Shown: positions 38,464-47,816 of the stretch, piece after piece
How the letters are laid out: every line of letters begins with the position of its first letter
Numbering within the stretch: position 1 is the stretch's first letter
Assembly (NCBI GenBank): GCA_018238545.1
Contig: JABCTC010000003.1
Location: 58,876-122,875 of the forward strand
Reading direction: 5' to 3'
Length of the DNA: 64,000 nt
Source of the DNA: Candidatus Heimdallarchaeota archaeon
GTDB lineage: Archaea; Asgardarchaeota; Heimdallarchaeia; Heimdallarchaeales; Heimdallarchaeaceae
The notes under the pieces: model-generated
What the model was told of the DNA's origin: nothing
Databases searched by the model: none
What the model saw: the letters and a program-made list of their open reading frames with translations, nothing else
Made by a program: the position numbers and the translations under genes

Positions 38464-39669
38464 GTGTTAGTTATGGCTATGTGGCGATTAATTAAAAATT
38501 CGGTACGCTTTGCTTTTCGAGCTAAAAAGCGTTGGATAACTTTTGTTGTAATTTTTGCATTTCTTTCTGCTTTCATTACTTTCTTCGCAGGTACATTCAA
38601 TCAATATGCAACTGATGATTTACTTGAACAGAAAGGATTTTACATAAAAGCACAAAATACTGAAAGTTTGAAGGTCAATGCTAGTCAAGCTGAAGCTCTA
38701 GTAGCTCAAATTGAAGATCTGCCAGGAATCGAATCAGTTGCGATGTTTCGTTTCTTTGATCTTGGTGACTATATTAGGGTTTTTGGTGTCGATCCTGGGA
38801 GTAGTTGGATGTTCAAATCTGCTAAACCGTCTTTGATTAGAGACGGGCATTATATCTCAGATAGAAGTGATGTGGTGATATCTACAGGATCTGCCATTAA
38901 AGCTGATTTGGGTACATTTTCCAGTAATGTCAGTGCAACAATACATATTGGAGAACAAATTAACTTTGTTAATGCAGCTGAAACAACTTTTGAATTAAAT
39001 GTTGTAGGTGAAATCAACGATACAGTTAATGCTCCAGATAAACTGAGAATGTTTATTTCGGATGAAGATTTTGATTATCTTCATGATAATTTTGCTGATA
39101 CAACTCCAATTTATTGTGAGAGTATTTCAGTACTAGTAATTGGAGATCTCTACAATCCATTCAGTGATGAAATTTTTGAAAATATGATTCTTTATGATGA
39201 ACCCTCAGAACCTCTGTTCACATTGGTAAATGAAGGTTCCTATGGAAATTGGATACCTCCTGATACTGTTGCAGAATCAGTGAAAAAACAGAGAGCAACA
39301 GACTTTCTTATTTTCATTTTTGGTATAACTGGTGGTATTTTACTTACAATATTGTACAACTTCTTGATTGTTTGGTTTAGAAGAAGAGAAGTAGCAGTAC
39401 TTCGAGCAATGGGTTACGAGAAAAGAGAAATTCGAGTTAATCTATTGGGTGAAAGTCTTACGATAAGTTTCGTAGGTTATCTTATAGGAATTCTTGCAAT
39501 AGTAATCTATTTCTGGGTTCAACAAATGGCTTTCAGTAACTATCTATTAACTTGGACCACATTACTGATTTCATTTGTTATAGTTGTAGTATTAACTATC
39601 CCTGGACTGTTATTATCAAGTTTATCGTTCGTTAGAGTATCTCCAGTGATACTGTTTAAGGCAAGGTGA
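38464..39669 (+). CDS. ABC transporter permease (FtsX/MacB/LolE family)
   Basis: One N-terminal TM, extracellular domain, RRREVAVLRAMG, three C-terminal TMs. Confidence 0.9.
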   Translation: MLVMAMWRLIKNSVRFAFRAKKRWITFVVIFAFLSAFITFFAGTFNQYATDDLLEQKGFYIKAQNTESLKVNASQAEALVAQIEDLPGIESVAMFRFFDLGDYIRVFGVDPGSSWMFKSAKPSLIRDGHYISDRSDVVISTGSAIKADLGTFSSNVSATIHIGEQINFVNAAETTFELNVVGEINDTVNAPDKLRMFISDEDFDYLHDNFADTTPIYCESISVLVIGDLYNPFSDEIFENMILYDEPSEPLFTLVNEGSYGNWIPPDTVAESVKKQRATDFLIFIFGITGGILLTILYNFLIVWFRRREVAVLRAMGYEKREIRVNLLGESLTISFVGYLIGILAIVIYFWVQQMAFSNYLLTWTTLLISFVIVVVLTIPGLLLSSLSFVRVSPVILFKAR

Positions 39670-40430
39670 TTATGGTGTCAGATGCAATATTAAAAATTGA
39701 TAAAGTGACAAAAATTTATAGAAGAGGAAGATCTGAAGTAGTAAGAGCACTTGATAAGGTAAGTATGGAAATTAATCCTGGAGAAATATTAATGGTGATA
39801 GGTCCTTCAGGAAGTGGAAAAACAACTCTTCTCAATGTTTTATCTGGTCTAGATAAGCCTACAAATGGGAAGATTTTGTTCAATACTTCAAGAGCTGGTG
39901 AAGGTTTCAAATACATCTCAAAGCAAGAAAATGAAGACAAGAAACGAGGTGATGACAAACACTTTGTTGACATCACTACGTGGGATGAAAAACAGTTAAC
40001 AAAATATCGTCGTCATAACGTGGGTTTTGTGTTCCAAGCATGGGAGCTAATTCCTACACTTAAAGCTGTTGAGAATGTTGAATCAAGTCTTTATCCCTCA
40101 AAAATACCAACACCGGAAATAAGAGAAAAAGCAATTAAATTAATTCGGAAAGTTGGGTTACTTGATAAAGAATACGCTTATCCTGATCAGATGAGTGGTG
40201 GAGAACAACAAAGAGTTGCAATATGCAGAGCTCTAATTAAAGAACCAAGAATCGTTTTTGCTGATGAACCAACAGGTAATCTTGACAGTGAATCAGGAAA
40301 TCAAATTATGCGACAAATGAAACTTATGTCTCGTGATGGTGCTGCTGTTTTAATAGCAACACACAACATGGAATTGAGAAAATTTGCAGATAGGATAATT
40401 AAGATTCATGATGGTCAGATAACTTATTAG
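39666..40430 (+). CDS. ABC transporter ATP-binding protein (LolD/MacB-like)
   Basis: [35 protein letters not shown]. Confidence 0.95.
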   Translation: MIMVSDAILKIDKVTKIYRRGRSEVVRALDKVSMEINPGEILMVIGPSGSGKTTLLNVLSGLDKPTNGKILFNTSRAGEGFKYISKQENEDKKRGDDKHFVDITTWDEKQLTKYRRHNVGFVFQAWELIPTLKAVENVESSLYPSKIPTPEIREKAIKLIRKVGLLDKEYAYPDQMSGGEQQRVAICRALIKEPRIVFADEPTGNLDSESGNQIMRQMKLMSRDGAAVLIATHNMELRKFADRIIKIHDGQITY

Positions 40431-40440
40431 GTGAAATGAA

Positions 40441-42057
40441 ATGGCAAATGAAATATTTCTTAAATTGATTACTTCTGAATTCACAGGAGATGAAGCTAAG
40501 CAAGTTGAATATTCATCTATAGTTGGGTATGCACTAGACAATATAAAGCGAAAAGAAATTTTAGAGGGAGTTTACACTTGTTATGTTCCTTTTTATGCTG
40601 TAAGAATAAGTGACGGTAATTACATTGTCATTAATACATTACAACTTGAAAAAAATAAACTACTTGTTAGTAAAATTCCAGAGCTTTCAGAAATTAAAGC
40701 TGTCCTAGAAGAAGAATACTCCTCTTTAGAAGCTCACTATAGAGCCATTGAAGAAGCACTCGTATCCATGAACATTTTTCATTTAGAAATTAGTGGTGTT
40801 TTAGTTAAGAAAGGAATTGAGGGAACAGCTAAGCTAGTTACTCAACATGGTTCAACTCGTAACAATTCTTTCAAAAAAATATCTCCATTGGTTTCTAGAG
40901 AAGACATCAAAAGAGAGATTGCTTCAGCTGGCAAATACGCCATCACTGACCATGAATTAGAAACTAAGCTCAATGTCCTTCTAGATGAAGTTGAAAAACA
41001 CCTCCAATTTGTTGTTGAAAAGAAAAAACGTGATAGAGACAATATCGAGGAAAGATACGATCAAAAAATAAAAAACCAGAAGCAAGAAAATGCTAAAAAA
41101 ATTCAACAATTCAAAGAAGATGAGAGGCAGCAACATAATTCAATAGAGTCTGAATCAAACAAAGAAAAGCGTGACCAAATTGCTTCTGTTAAAGATAGTA
41201 AACGTTGGAATCAACTAAAAAAAGATATTTCTTCCTTGCAAGAATCTTACAATCATTTGCTGACTAGTCTAGATAAAGTCAATACAGAAAATGATTTTGA
41301 CGTAGTGATAAGTAGAATTAGAGAAGTACAAGATGAGACTCAATCCTTTGGTGTTGGACTCAATAGTGCAGTTTCTGAGATAGAATATAGAAAAATTGAA
41401 TATGAAGACATAGGGCATCAAGAAGATGTAGACAAAAGAAATGTTTCCGATAGGTTAAACACAGCTAAAGAAGATTTGAACCTACATGTAGTTGATATTC
41501 AGGATGAAAAGCGTAAAAAACTTGAAGAACAAGATAAAGAAATTCAGAAAGCGAATAACATCTTTGATAAATTCAAGAATAATCGCAACAATCTGATTAA
41601 AAGAGCTCAAAACAATTATGTGATGATTTCTGCTTATTCCTTATCCTCAGATTTACTTGGTATTTCGGATAACGAGCAACTTGTTACTATCAATGTACCT
41701 GTTGCAATATGTAAGTATAAAGACAAAAGTGGGTTCATATACAACGTTATTCCTCCATTCGAAATAGCTAACAACATGAAGAAACCAAGATCTCTTGCTA
41801 TACATGGTGCGAATGGTTTAATCGGTTTTGACTGTATAGCTAGGGAATCTTTTGATTTCTTAAAACATCCGCTTGAGAATCTTTTGGCAAGTAAACAAAA
41901 CTTGCAAGCAGAAATACAAGCTGAGAATAATGAGCTAACTCAGACTGGCGATCTGTCATCTTTAAATTCTGGACTTGTTCTATTAGAACAAAGAAAGAAA
42001 TATTCAAAGAAAAATGCAGATGCAATATTAGCAAAATCAAGAAGTTTCTTATCCTAA
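40441..42057 (+). CDS. Hypothetical protein with long central coiled coil between globular termini
   Basis: About 250-aa charged heptad region flanked by beta-rich segments (CYVPFYAV; INVPVAIC). Confidence 0.7.
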   Translation: MANEIFLKLITSEFTGDEAKQVEYSSIVGYALDNIKRKEILEGVYTCYVPFYAVRISDGNYIVINTLQLEKNKLLVSKIPELSEIKAVLEEEYSSLEAHYRAIEEALVSMNIFHLEISGVLVKKGIEGTAKLVTQHGSTRNNSFKKISPLVSREDIKREIASAGKYAITDHELETKLNVLLDEVEKHLQFVVEKKKRDRDNIEERYDQKIKNQKQENAKKIQQFKEDERQQHNSIESESNKEKRDQIASVKDSKRWNQLKKDISSLQESYNHLLTSLDKVNTENDFDVVISRIREVQDETQSFGVGLNSAVSEIEYRKIEYEDIGHQEDVDKRNVSDRLNTAKEDLNLHVVDIQDEKRKKLEEQDKEIQKANNIFDKFKNNRNNLIKRAQNNYVMISAYSLSSDLLGISDNEQLVTINVPVAICKYKDKSGFIYNVIPPFEIANNMKKPRSLAIHGANGLIGFDCIARESFDFLKHPLENLLASKQNLQAEIQAENNELTQTGDLSSLNSGLVLLEQRKKYSKKNADAILAKSRSFLS

Positions 42058-42081
42058 TATTTTAAGGAGATTTATTCCTTT

Positions 42082-45000
42082 CTATTTCTTTACTTTTTCT
42101 TCGATTACTTGTGTAGGGTATTCTGATAATCTGAATAGAGCCTCTTTCAATGTTTCAGACAGATCTATAATGTTGGTGTCACCGTTTTCTATAAGGTACG
42201 GAATGACAGATTTTAAACCTTCTATAACGGGACCAGTATTTTCTTCAAACTTCATTCGAGCAACAAAACGAATAATATCACTCATTACAATTAACCGTTC
42301 CCTATTTTCATCCATAGCTCTTCTATATTCTGGTTCTAGAAACAGCCTTATTTCCCAGTCTTTACCACTACTTACTGCTTCAACATTAGGAAAAGTGAGC
42401 ATTGATAGCACCTCAGTTTTTGTTTCGTAAATTTCTTTTGGTATTAATCCCAGTGTGATGAAATGGCCGTTCTTATCGCTAGACAACTCTATATCATTTT
42501 TAATAAAAAATGTACTAGTTAATCTTCCGTATGTATTGATGATTTCAGTGAAAGTATTTCCTAGAGCTCGCATATTCAGATAAAGATTGTTCTCAAACTC
42601 ACTTCTAGATTTACTTTTACCCCAAGCTCGAAGCACTGCATCTGCTACACGTTTTTCGCCACTAATCATCTGATTATATGATTCATCTATAACATAATCA
42701 GGTATTCTTCTGTACAATAGGATTGACAATGCTATCTCCATGAAGTTTTTGGGTAAATCTCTAAATTCTTTTGGATGAATTTCATTTATTGTGTTTAGTA
42801 TCTCTTTTTGTGCTCGTTTGAGCGATATCGTGAATTTACCATATTCTAATCTTTGTAATTTGAATATATCTCCAGTCCAACTGGTAACATTCCTACTAAC
42901 CTCATTAAGGTGACCACTAAGATCTATACTAACATCTTTTGACCATTTCTCAACAACTTTTGTCATTTGATCATTTAATGGATTCCAGTTTTTGAGTAGG
43001 TTTTTTCTAATATCTTTCAGCTCTTTGCTTGCCTTATTGTATAAACGCATAGCTTTCTTCTTGTAGCTCAAATCGTTCTTTCTCAAGTTAGAAAATCCTG
43101 TTAAAAGATTTTGAATGGTTTTATGGATTTTTGGCGCATAATCATTCCAGCTTTCTTGACACCTAACATGGAAATGTTTTCCTGCGAACTTCTGAGGTAT
43201 ATCTCGAATCTGTGGGAAGGATGGGAAACCATTTTGAATGTCTGGTAATCGGTGGGCTGGTGTTAGTTTACCCACCATTTCTCTGTTGAAAACTGTTATC
43301 AACGTATCTATAAGATTTATGACCTTTCCTTCAAATGTAAACATTTTTTGTAAATATGAGGAAACCATCCCTCGTAGAATTGCTTTAGCATAGGCTTTCT
43401 TTAGGGTTTTTGAATTCGTAAAACAAGTAGTGAGAAACTCAGCATCTTTTTCAACATCTCGTAATGGAAATATCTTATTTCCTAAACTAACTGTAACTCC
43501 CTGTTTTTGTAGAAGTTCATTTGATGAGATTGTTCTACCATCAAAACGTAGATACGATTCTCTGAAAAATGGGCGTTTATTTTGCACAGGAACCGAATTA
43601 ACATATGCTTTAATTTCACCTTCATCAATTGCTGCACCAATTAGATCTTTTGCTGTTAAACTCATTTGTTTAGCTGTTTCATAACCCCTATACTTGACAT
43701 CAACTATGACTTTTGATAGAATATTGACAAGTACAGTCTTTGGCGCAATCTCTCTAAATGCATTGATCATATAGGTAAAGATATCCCCAAGATTGAAATT
43801 AAACAGCTGGTCTTTCACCATTTTCTCTAATGTGGTGATAATCGCTCTTTCTAATGCGCTTGCAAACAGCACAGATTCTTCAATATTGGAAATTTGCAAC
43901 TGTTTTCCAACTCCCATAGTATTGAATTTATCAATAAGTTGTTTGATCCATTCAGGATGAATATTTGTTAGTTTGGATAATCTATCCTTTACAATTCCAC
44001 GTTTAAATTCAATAGAAGTTTTAGCTGTTTTCTTAGTTGTAGACTTTTGAACAATCTTCTTTTCATCTAATATTGAAAAAGTGAAATCAATTATGACATT
44101 CCATATGCTTGTAGGTAATTTTCTGCCAGCAAAGGGATCGATTAGTTGTTTAAAGAACAGTCTTGCTCCTTGTAGAACTAAAGGAGTAACATCTTCTATA
44201 AGACCATTACAGATTATACTTCCAGGGTCTGGAACATCTGTTAAAGTTGTAATTTGATTTTGTATTGCAGTATACAGCGGAATATTACGAAAATCAGTTA
44301 GAGTATGTAATGGGTTATCTTTTGCAATCTTGTAAATGATCTCTTTTGCGAGATTATTTGCTATGAAGGTTTTTGCAGTGTGTATCTCACTTATATTCAG
44401 TTTCTTCAAGTGAACATCAACGTTCTCTTGAAGGTTTTTCGCTAAGTAGAGATCTATTAATTCCTCTGGTTTGAATTGCTTCTCACGTAAATATAATTCA
44501 ATGGTATTCCTTATTTCTTCAACCGTATATCTCGGTGTTTCATATTCTAGTATAACAAATGGATCTTCTAAGATGATTTGATTGAGAATATCTTGTGCTA
44601 CCATCTGTACTAATAATTGTCTCTTAAAGGGGGAAATTGACCCTTTATCCCAAGATGTTTCTTCTTCTCCAATCCATTGTTTGATGTCTTTAAGCTGTAA
44701 GACCGTGGGAAAATCCACAGGTTTATTTTCTATTAATTTGAGTTTTGCTTTTATCAGATTAATTAAAGCATCATTATTCTTACTTACTGCAACCTTCTGT
44801 TTAGCAATTGTACAAGCTTTGAGATATGCTTTCGATACGTAATCTAAAGATATCATTTTTCCTGTAGCTAAATTCCTGTGAAAGTTTGGTGTCAAGGTGA
44901 TAAATTTACAAAATGAAAGTGCTAATTCTTGAACTAACATTTCATTTTCTTTTGAGAGTTTGTTTGCTTCATCTGATTTGACAACATATTGAACAACAAC

Positions 45001-45231
45001 GGTGTCAGATTCTTCAGATATTGTAAAGGTACCAAATTTTACAAACTCATTTTCACCTGTCATAAATTGTGAATTTGAAACCTCAACTTCTGTAGTCATT
45101 AAAGATTGAAGCGAAAGTAAGATTCCTTGCATCATACTTGAGTCTTTAGCTAATCTACCTACTGTTGCAAAACTTATTCCGGAATCACTTCCAGTTGAAA
45201 TCCATAAGTCGAAAGGGAAGTTTTTTGACAT
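42082..45231 (-). CDS. Large 1049-aa protein with probable N-terminal longin-like domain and helical body
   Basis: DLWIST..SGISF...MMQGILLSLQSLMTTE...beta strands...helix fits the longin pattern by eye. Confidence 0.55.
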   Translation of the reverse strand: MSKNFPFDLWISTGSDSGISFATVGRLAKDSSMMQGILLSLQSLMTTEVEVSNSQFMTGENEFVKFGTFTISEESDTVVVQYVVKSDEANKLSKENEMLVQELALSFCKFITLTPNFHRNLATGKMISLDYVSKAYLKACTIAKQKVAVSKNNDALINLIKAKLKLIENKPVDFPTVLQLKDIKQWIGEEETSWDKGSISPFKRQLLVQMVAQDILNQIILEDPFVILEYETPRYTVEEIRNTIELYLREKQFKPEELIDLYLAKNLQENVDVHLKKLNISEIHTAKTFIANNLAKEIIYKIAKDNPLHTLTDFRNIPLYTAIQNQITTLTDVPDPGSIICNGLIEDVTPLVLQGARLFFKQLIDPFAGRKLPTSIWNVIIDFTFSILDEKKIVQKSTTKKTAKTSIEFKRGIVKDRLSKLTNIHPEWIKQLIDKFNTMGVGKQLQISNIEESVLFASALERAIITTLEKMVKDQLFNFNLGDIFTYMINAFREIAPKTVLVNILSKVIVDVKYRGYETAKQMSLTAKDLIGAAIDEGEIKAYVNSVPVQNKRPFFRESYLRFDGRTISSNELLQKQGVTVSLGNKIFPLRDVEKDAEFLTTCFTNSKTLKKAYAKAILRGMVSSYLQKMFTFEGKVINLIDTLITVFNREMVGKLTPAHRLPDIQNGFPSFPQIRDIPQKFAGKHFHVRCQESWNDYAPKIHKTIQNLLTGFSNLRKNDLSYKKKAMRLYNKASKELKDIRKNLLKNWNPLNDQMTKVVEKWSKDVSIDLSGHLNEVSRNVTSWTGDIFKLQRLEYGKFTISLKRAQKEILNTINEIHPKEFRDLPKNFMEIALSILLYRRIPDYVIDESYNQMISGEKRVADAVLRAWGKSKSRSEFENNLYLNMRALGNTFTEIINTYGRLTSTFFIKNDIELSSDKNGHFITLGLIPKEIYETKTEVLSMLTFPNVEAVSSGKDWEIRLFLEPEYRRAMDENRERLIVMSDIIRFVARMKFEENTGPVIEGLKSVIPYLIENGDTNIIDLSETLKEALFRLSEYPTQVIEEKVKK

Positions 45232-45341
45232 ATTCTCACACTTGTACTGAATTCTAACGCTCTTATTTCTTAATGTATGATAGCGTTAATATTGTTTTTT
45301 CTATTGGTAACTAAACTAATAGAATATTTATACATCAAACT

Positions 45342-46775
45342 ATGATGAGTTTTTGTCTTGTTGTCATATAAGGACAGCTTTAGTTGAGTATATTTATTAG
45401 AGGTCAACATATAAAACTATAACAGTTCTATACTAACTCTGAGTGGATACATCACGTATCCTCCTACCCCGTTCACCGTGCGTTTAGGCAAGGCTTTCGG
45501 ATCGCTTTTGAGTAGAATATTGTATGCAGCATTGACATCAGCGTTAATGAGATGACCTTGAGCGGTTCGAAACAACCCTCGAGTAACTCTCCGACCAGCA
45601 TAGTTTTTCCTGGCTTGGGGAAATTCATTATCAAGGAAACTAGACTTGGAAGTGTATTCTTCGGGAATCATCTCTACCTTTATCCCTCGTTCTGCGCCCT
45701 TATACTTCAAAATGTTGATAATACGTAGAAAGGGGATGGTGACGAACATTTGGTTGATCTTCTTCCAGAACTGCACCCCTTGTTTCCACTTCTCATTGTA
45801 ACCGATGATAACCTCGTGCAGCCCTCTTTCCACCCACAAGTCAAGTAAATAGCAAGTGAGTTTGTGGATAGCGTCCTTCAATTTCCTCCTCCACTTTTCT
45901 CGGAGTTTGTAGTAGGTATGACCATAGGTCAATCGGTTCTTTCCTGTCAGTTTTTGTCTTTGCTGTTGAGCGTATTGTATCTGTAATTGTTTCTGTTTTT
46001 TTAGATAATATTGGGTTATGGATTTTATCCCTTTCCCTGCATCTTTGACAACAATCGGTTGCCCACCGAGGTTATCCACAAAGGTAGCAATGTTGATTAT
46101 CCCTAAATCTACCCCTCCTTTTCGTATAAACTTTTTACGAAGTTTAGGCAGAGTTTTCTGATAGACTAACTCAAGGGTATACCCAGGTCTTCTTGGGACG
46201 ATTCTCACCTCTCGCAAATCCGTGTGAGAAGTCAATCGTGTCTTGTAAGTGAATCCCACTTTCTTCGGCAGAACCAGCCATCCATTGACAATCCTCGCTT
46301 GTTGGTTGGTAAAAATAGCTACCACTTCCCCATCCTTTTTTTTGTAATTAGGTGGGCGGGGCATAGCGAAGAAATCTCCAGGGTTGACTTTCCACTCTTT
46401 CATTGCTCGGAAATACCCCTTCCAGTTTCTACAGAGGAGTTTGAGCGAATGTTGGGCGGTGTGAGCAGGGAGAACACGATAACACTCTTCATGGTTGAGT
46501 AACTTGTTGAGATCATTGTAAAAGAGGAGTTTGTTCTGTTTGTTCAATGAGGTTTTTATCAGAAAATTCGCTCGATTATAGAGATTTTTAGTTTGATGAC
46601 AAAGCTTGCTCAAGACAAGATGATACTTTACTTCTATACACTCCACCCTAGGAACTTTAGCCATCTCTTATTTATCTAGAGATTCTTATAAAAACTCCCG
46701 TAATATTCACTTTAACCACCCATTTAAACTGATACAATTGTTAGTTAATATGACTGCATGACAAAAATATATCAT
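45342..46775 (-). mobile_element. Non-autonomous tnpB-only element with imperfect terminal inverted repeats
   Basis: 45341-45369 TATGATGAGTTTTTGTCTTGTTGTCATAT versus reverse complement of 46748-46776 TATGATATATTTTTGTCATGCAGTCATAT (23/29 identical); AACT at 45338-45341 and 46776-46779; higher GC than flanks. Confidence 0.75.
45417..46664 (-). CDS. tnpB: RNA-guided endonuclease TnpB, 415 aa, rearranged RuvC-II, zinc finger absent
   Basis: NLYN, GVDLG, IIGYNEKWKQ, PEEYTSKSSFLD, RVTRGLF, INADVNAAYNI. Confidence 0.95.
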   Translation of the reverse strand: MAKVPRVECIEVKYHLVLSKLCHQTKNLYNRANFLIKTSLNKQNKLLFYNDLNKLLNHEECYRVLPAHTAQHSLKLLCRNWKGYFRAMKEWKVNPGDFFAMPRPPNYKKKDGEVVAIFTNQQARIVNGWLVLPKKVGFTYKTRLTSHTDLREVRIVPRRPGYTLELVYQKTLPKLRKKFIRKGGVDLGIINIATFVDNLGGQPIVVKDAGKGIKSITQYYLKKQKQLQIQYAQQQRQKLTGKNRLTYGHTYYKLREKWRRKLKDAIHKLTCYLLDLWVERGLHEVIIGYNEKWKQGVQFWKKINQMFVTIPFLRIINILKYKGAERGIKVEMIPEEYTSKSSFLDNEFPQARKNYAGRRVTRGLFRTAQGHLINADVNAAYNILLKSDPKALPKRTVNGVGGYVMYPLRVSIELL

Positions 46776-46848
46776 AACTGAACAACGTAAAGTTTAATAA
46801 TCTCCCGATAAATCTTTCCATGAATTACTATTAACATGGGATTAAAAG

Positions 46849-47169
46849 ATGGCAGAGCCCTCAAAAAGTGTCCGCATAAGAAGACTTGTATTAGACGTTT
46901 TAAAGCCCCATCAGCCACGAATTGATGTTTTAGCAACTGCTATTGGGGAATTGGAAGCTGTTGAATCTGTTAATGTTGTTAGAACAGAAACAGATTCTAG
47001 CACTGAAGGAATTATTGTAACAATTGTTGGTCCTGATCTAAATTATGATGATATTGAAGCAGTTCTAAGAGATTATGGAACATCTGTTCATTCTGTAGAT
47101 GAAGTTGTTGTCGGTGAAAAAATAATAAACACGGTAAAAATTCCAAACCAAGAACCATTTAATGCATAA
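46849..47169 (+). CDS. DUF211-family protein
   Basis: IRRLVLDVLKPHQP ... SVHSVDEVVVG. Confidence 0.88.
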   Translation: MAEPSKSVRIRRLVLDVLKPHQPRIDVLATAIGELEAVESVNVVRTETDSSTEGIIVTIVGPDLNYDDIEAVLRDYGTSVHSVDEVVVGEKIINTVKIPNQEPFNA

Positions 47170-47215
47170 CGTTCTAATTTTATTCAAATAAAAAGAGGAA
47201 AAAAATTCCTCATTT

Positions 47216-47815
47216 TTATGTTTTTACAGCTCTGATTCCTAAATCAAATGCTTTTAGATTCACTTCTAGAAATCTGGGGGGGACTCTAATTTTCAAAGCC
47301 TCTCTTAGTTCATTATCTGTTATGGGAAAACCTTCCACTTGGGATAAGGCACCAAGTAGAACAATGTTTTGTGTTAAAGCTAAACCTGTTTGATTAGCTA
47401 AGCCTTCTGCATCAATGAAATAAATAGTTGCATCGAATTTTCCAAGATTGCCTTTAATGTTTTCTCTAGCTTTATCTGCAGCCTCCTTATCTTTTTTCCA
47501 TGTAATTGGAAAAAGTACCGTTTCAGATGTTATGACAGTACCTCCAGGTTGCAAATATTTGATATACCTCAAACTTTCATTTTGCTCTAAACCAACGAGC
47601 ATTTTGCTAGTACCGATGGGAATAGTTGGTGAATTAAGATTCTTACCAATTTTGAGATTTGTTATGACGGATCCTCCTTTTTGAGCCATCCCATGAACTT
47701 CTGAACCTAGAACATTCAATCCTTTCTTCTGCGCTGCAATTGTAATGATATCGGATATTGTTAGGATACCTTGTCCCCCGACTCCACAAATAACCATTTG
47801 ATATGTTTCAACCAT
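47216..47815 (-). CDS. iorB: Indolepyruvate:ferredoxin oxidoreductase beta subunit
   Basis: GVGGQG, SEVHGMAQKGGSV, NIVLLG; ATG 47815 preferred over track start 47869. Confidence 0.93.
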   Translation of the reverse strand: MVETYQMVICGVGGQGILTISDIITIAAQKKGLNVLGSEVHGMAQKGGSVITNLKIGKNLNSPTIPIGTSKMLVGLEQNESLRYIKYLQPGGTVITSETVLFPITWKKDKEAADKARENIKGNLGKFDATIYFIDAEGLANQTGLALTQNIVLLGALSQVEGFPITDNELREALKIRVPPRFLEVNLKAFDLGIRAVKT

Positions 47816-47816
47816 T

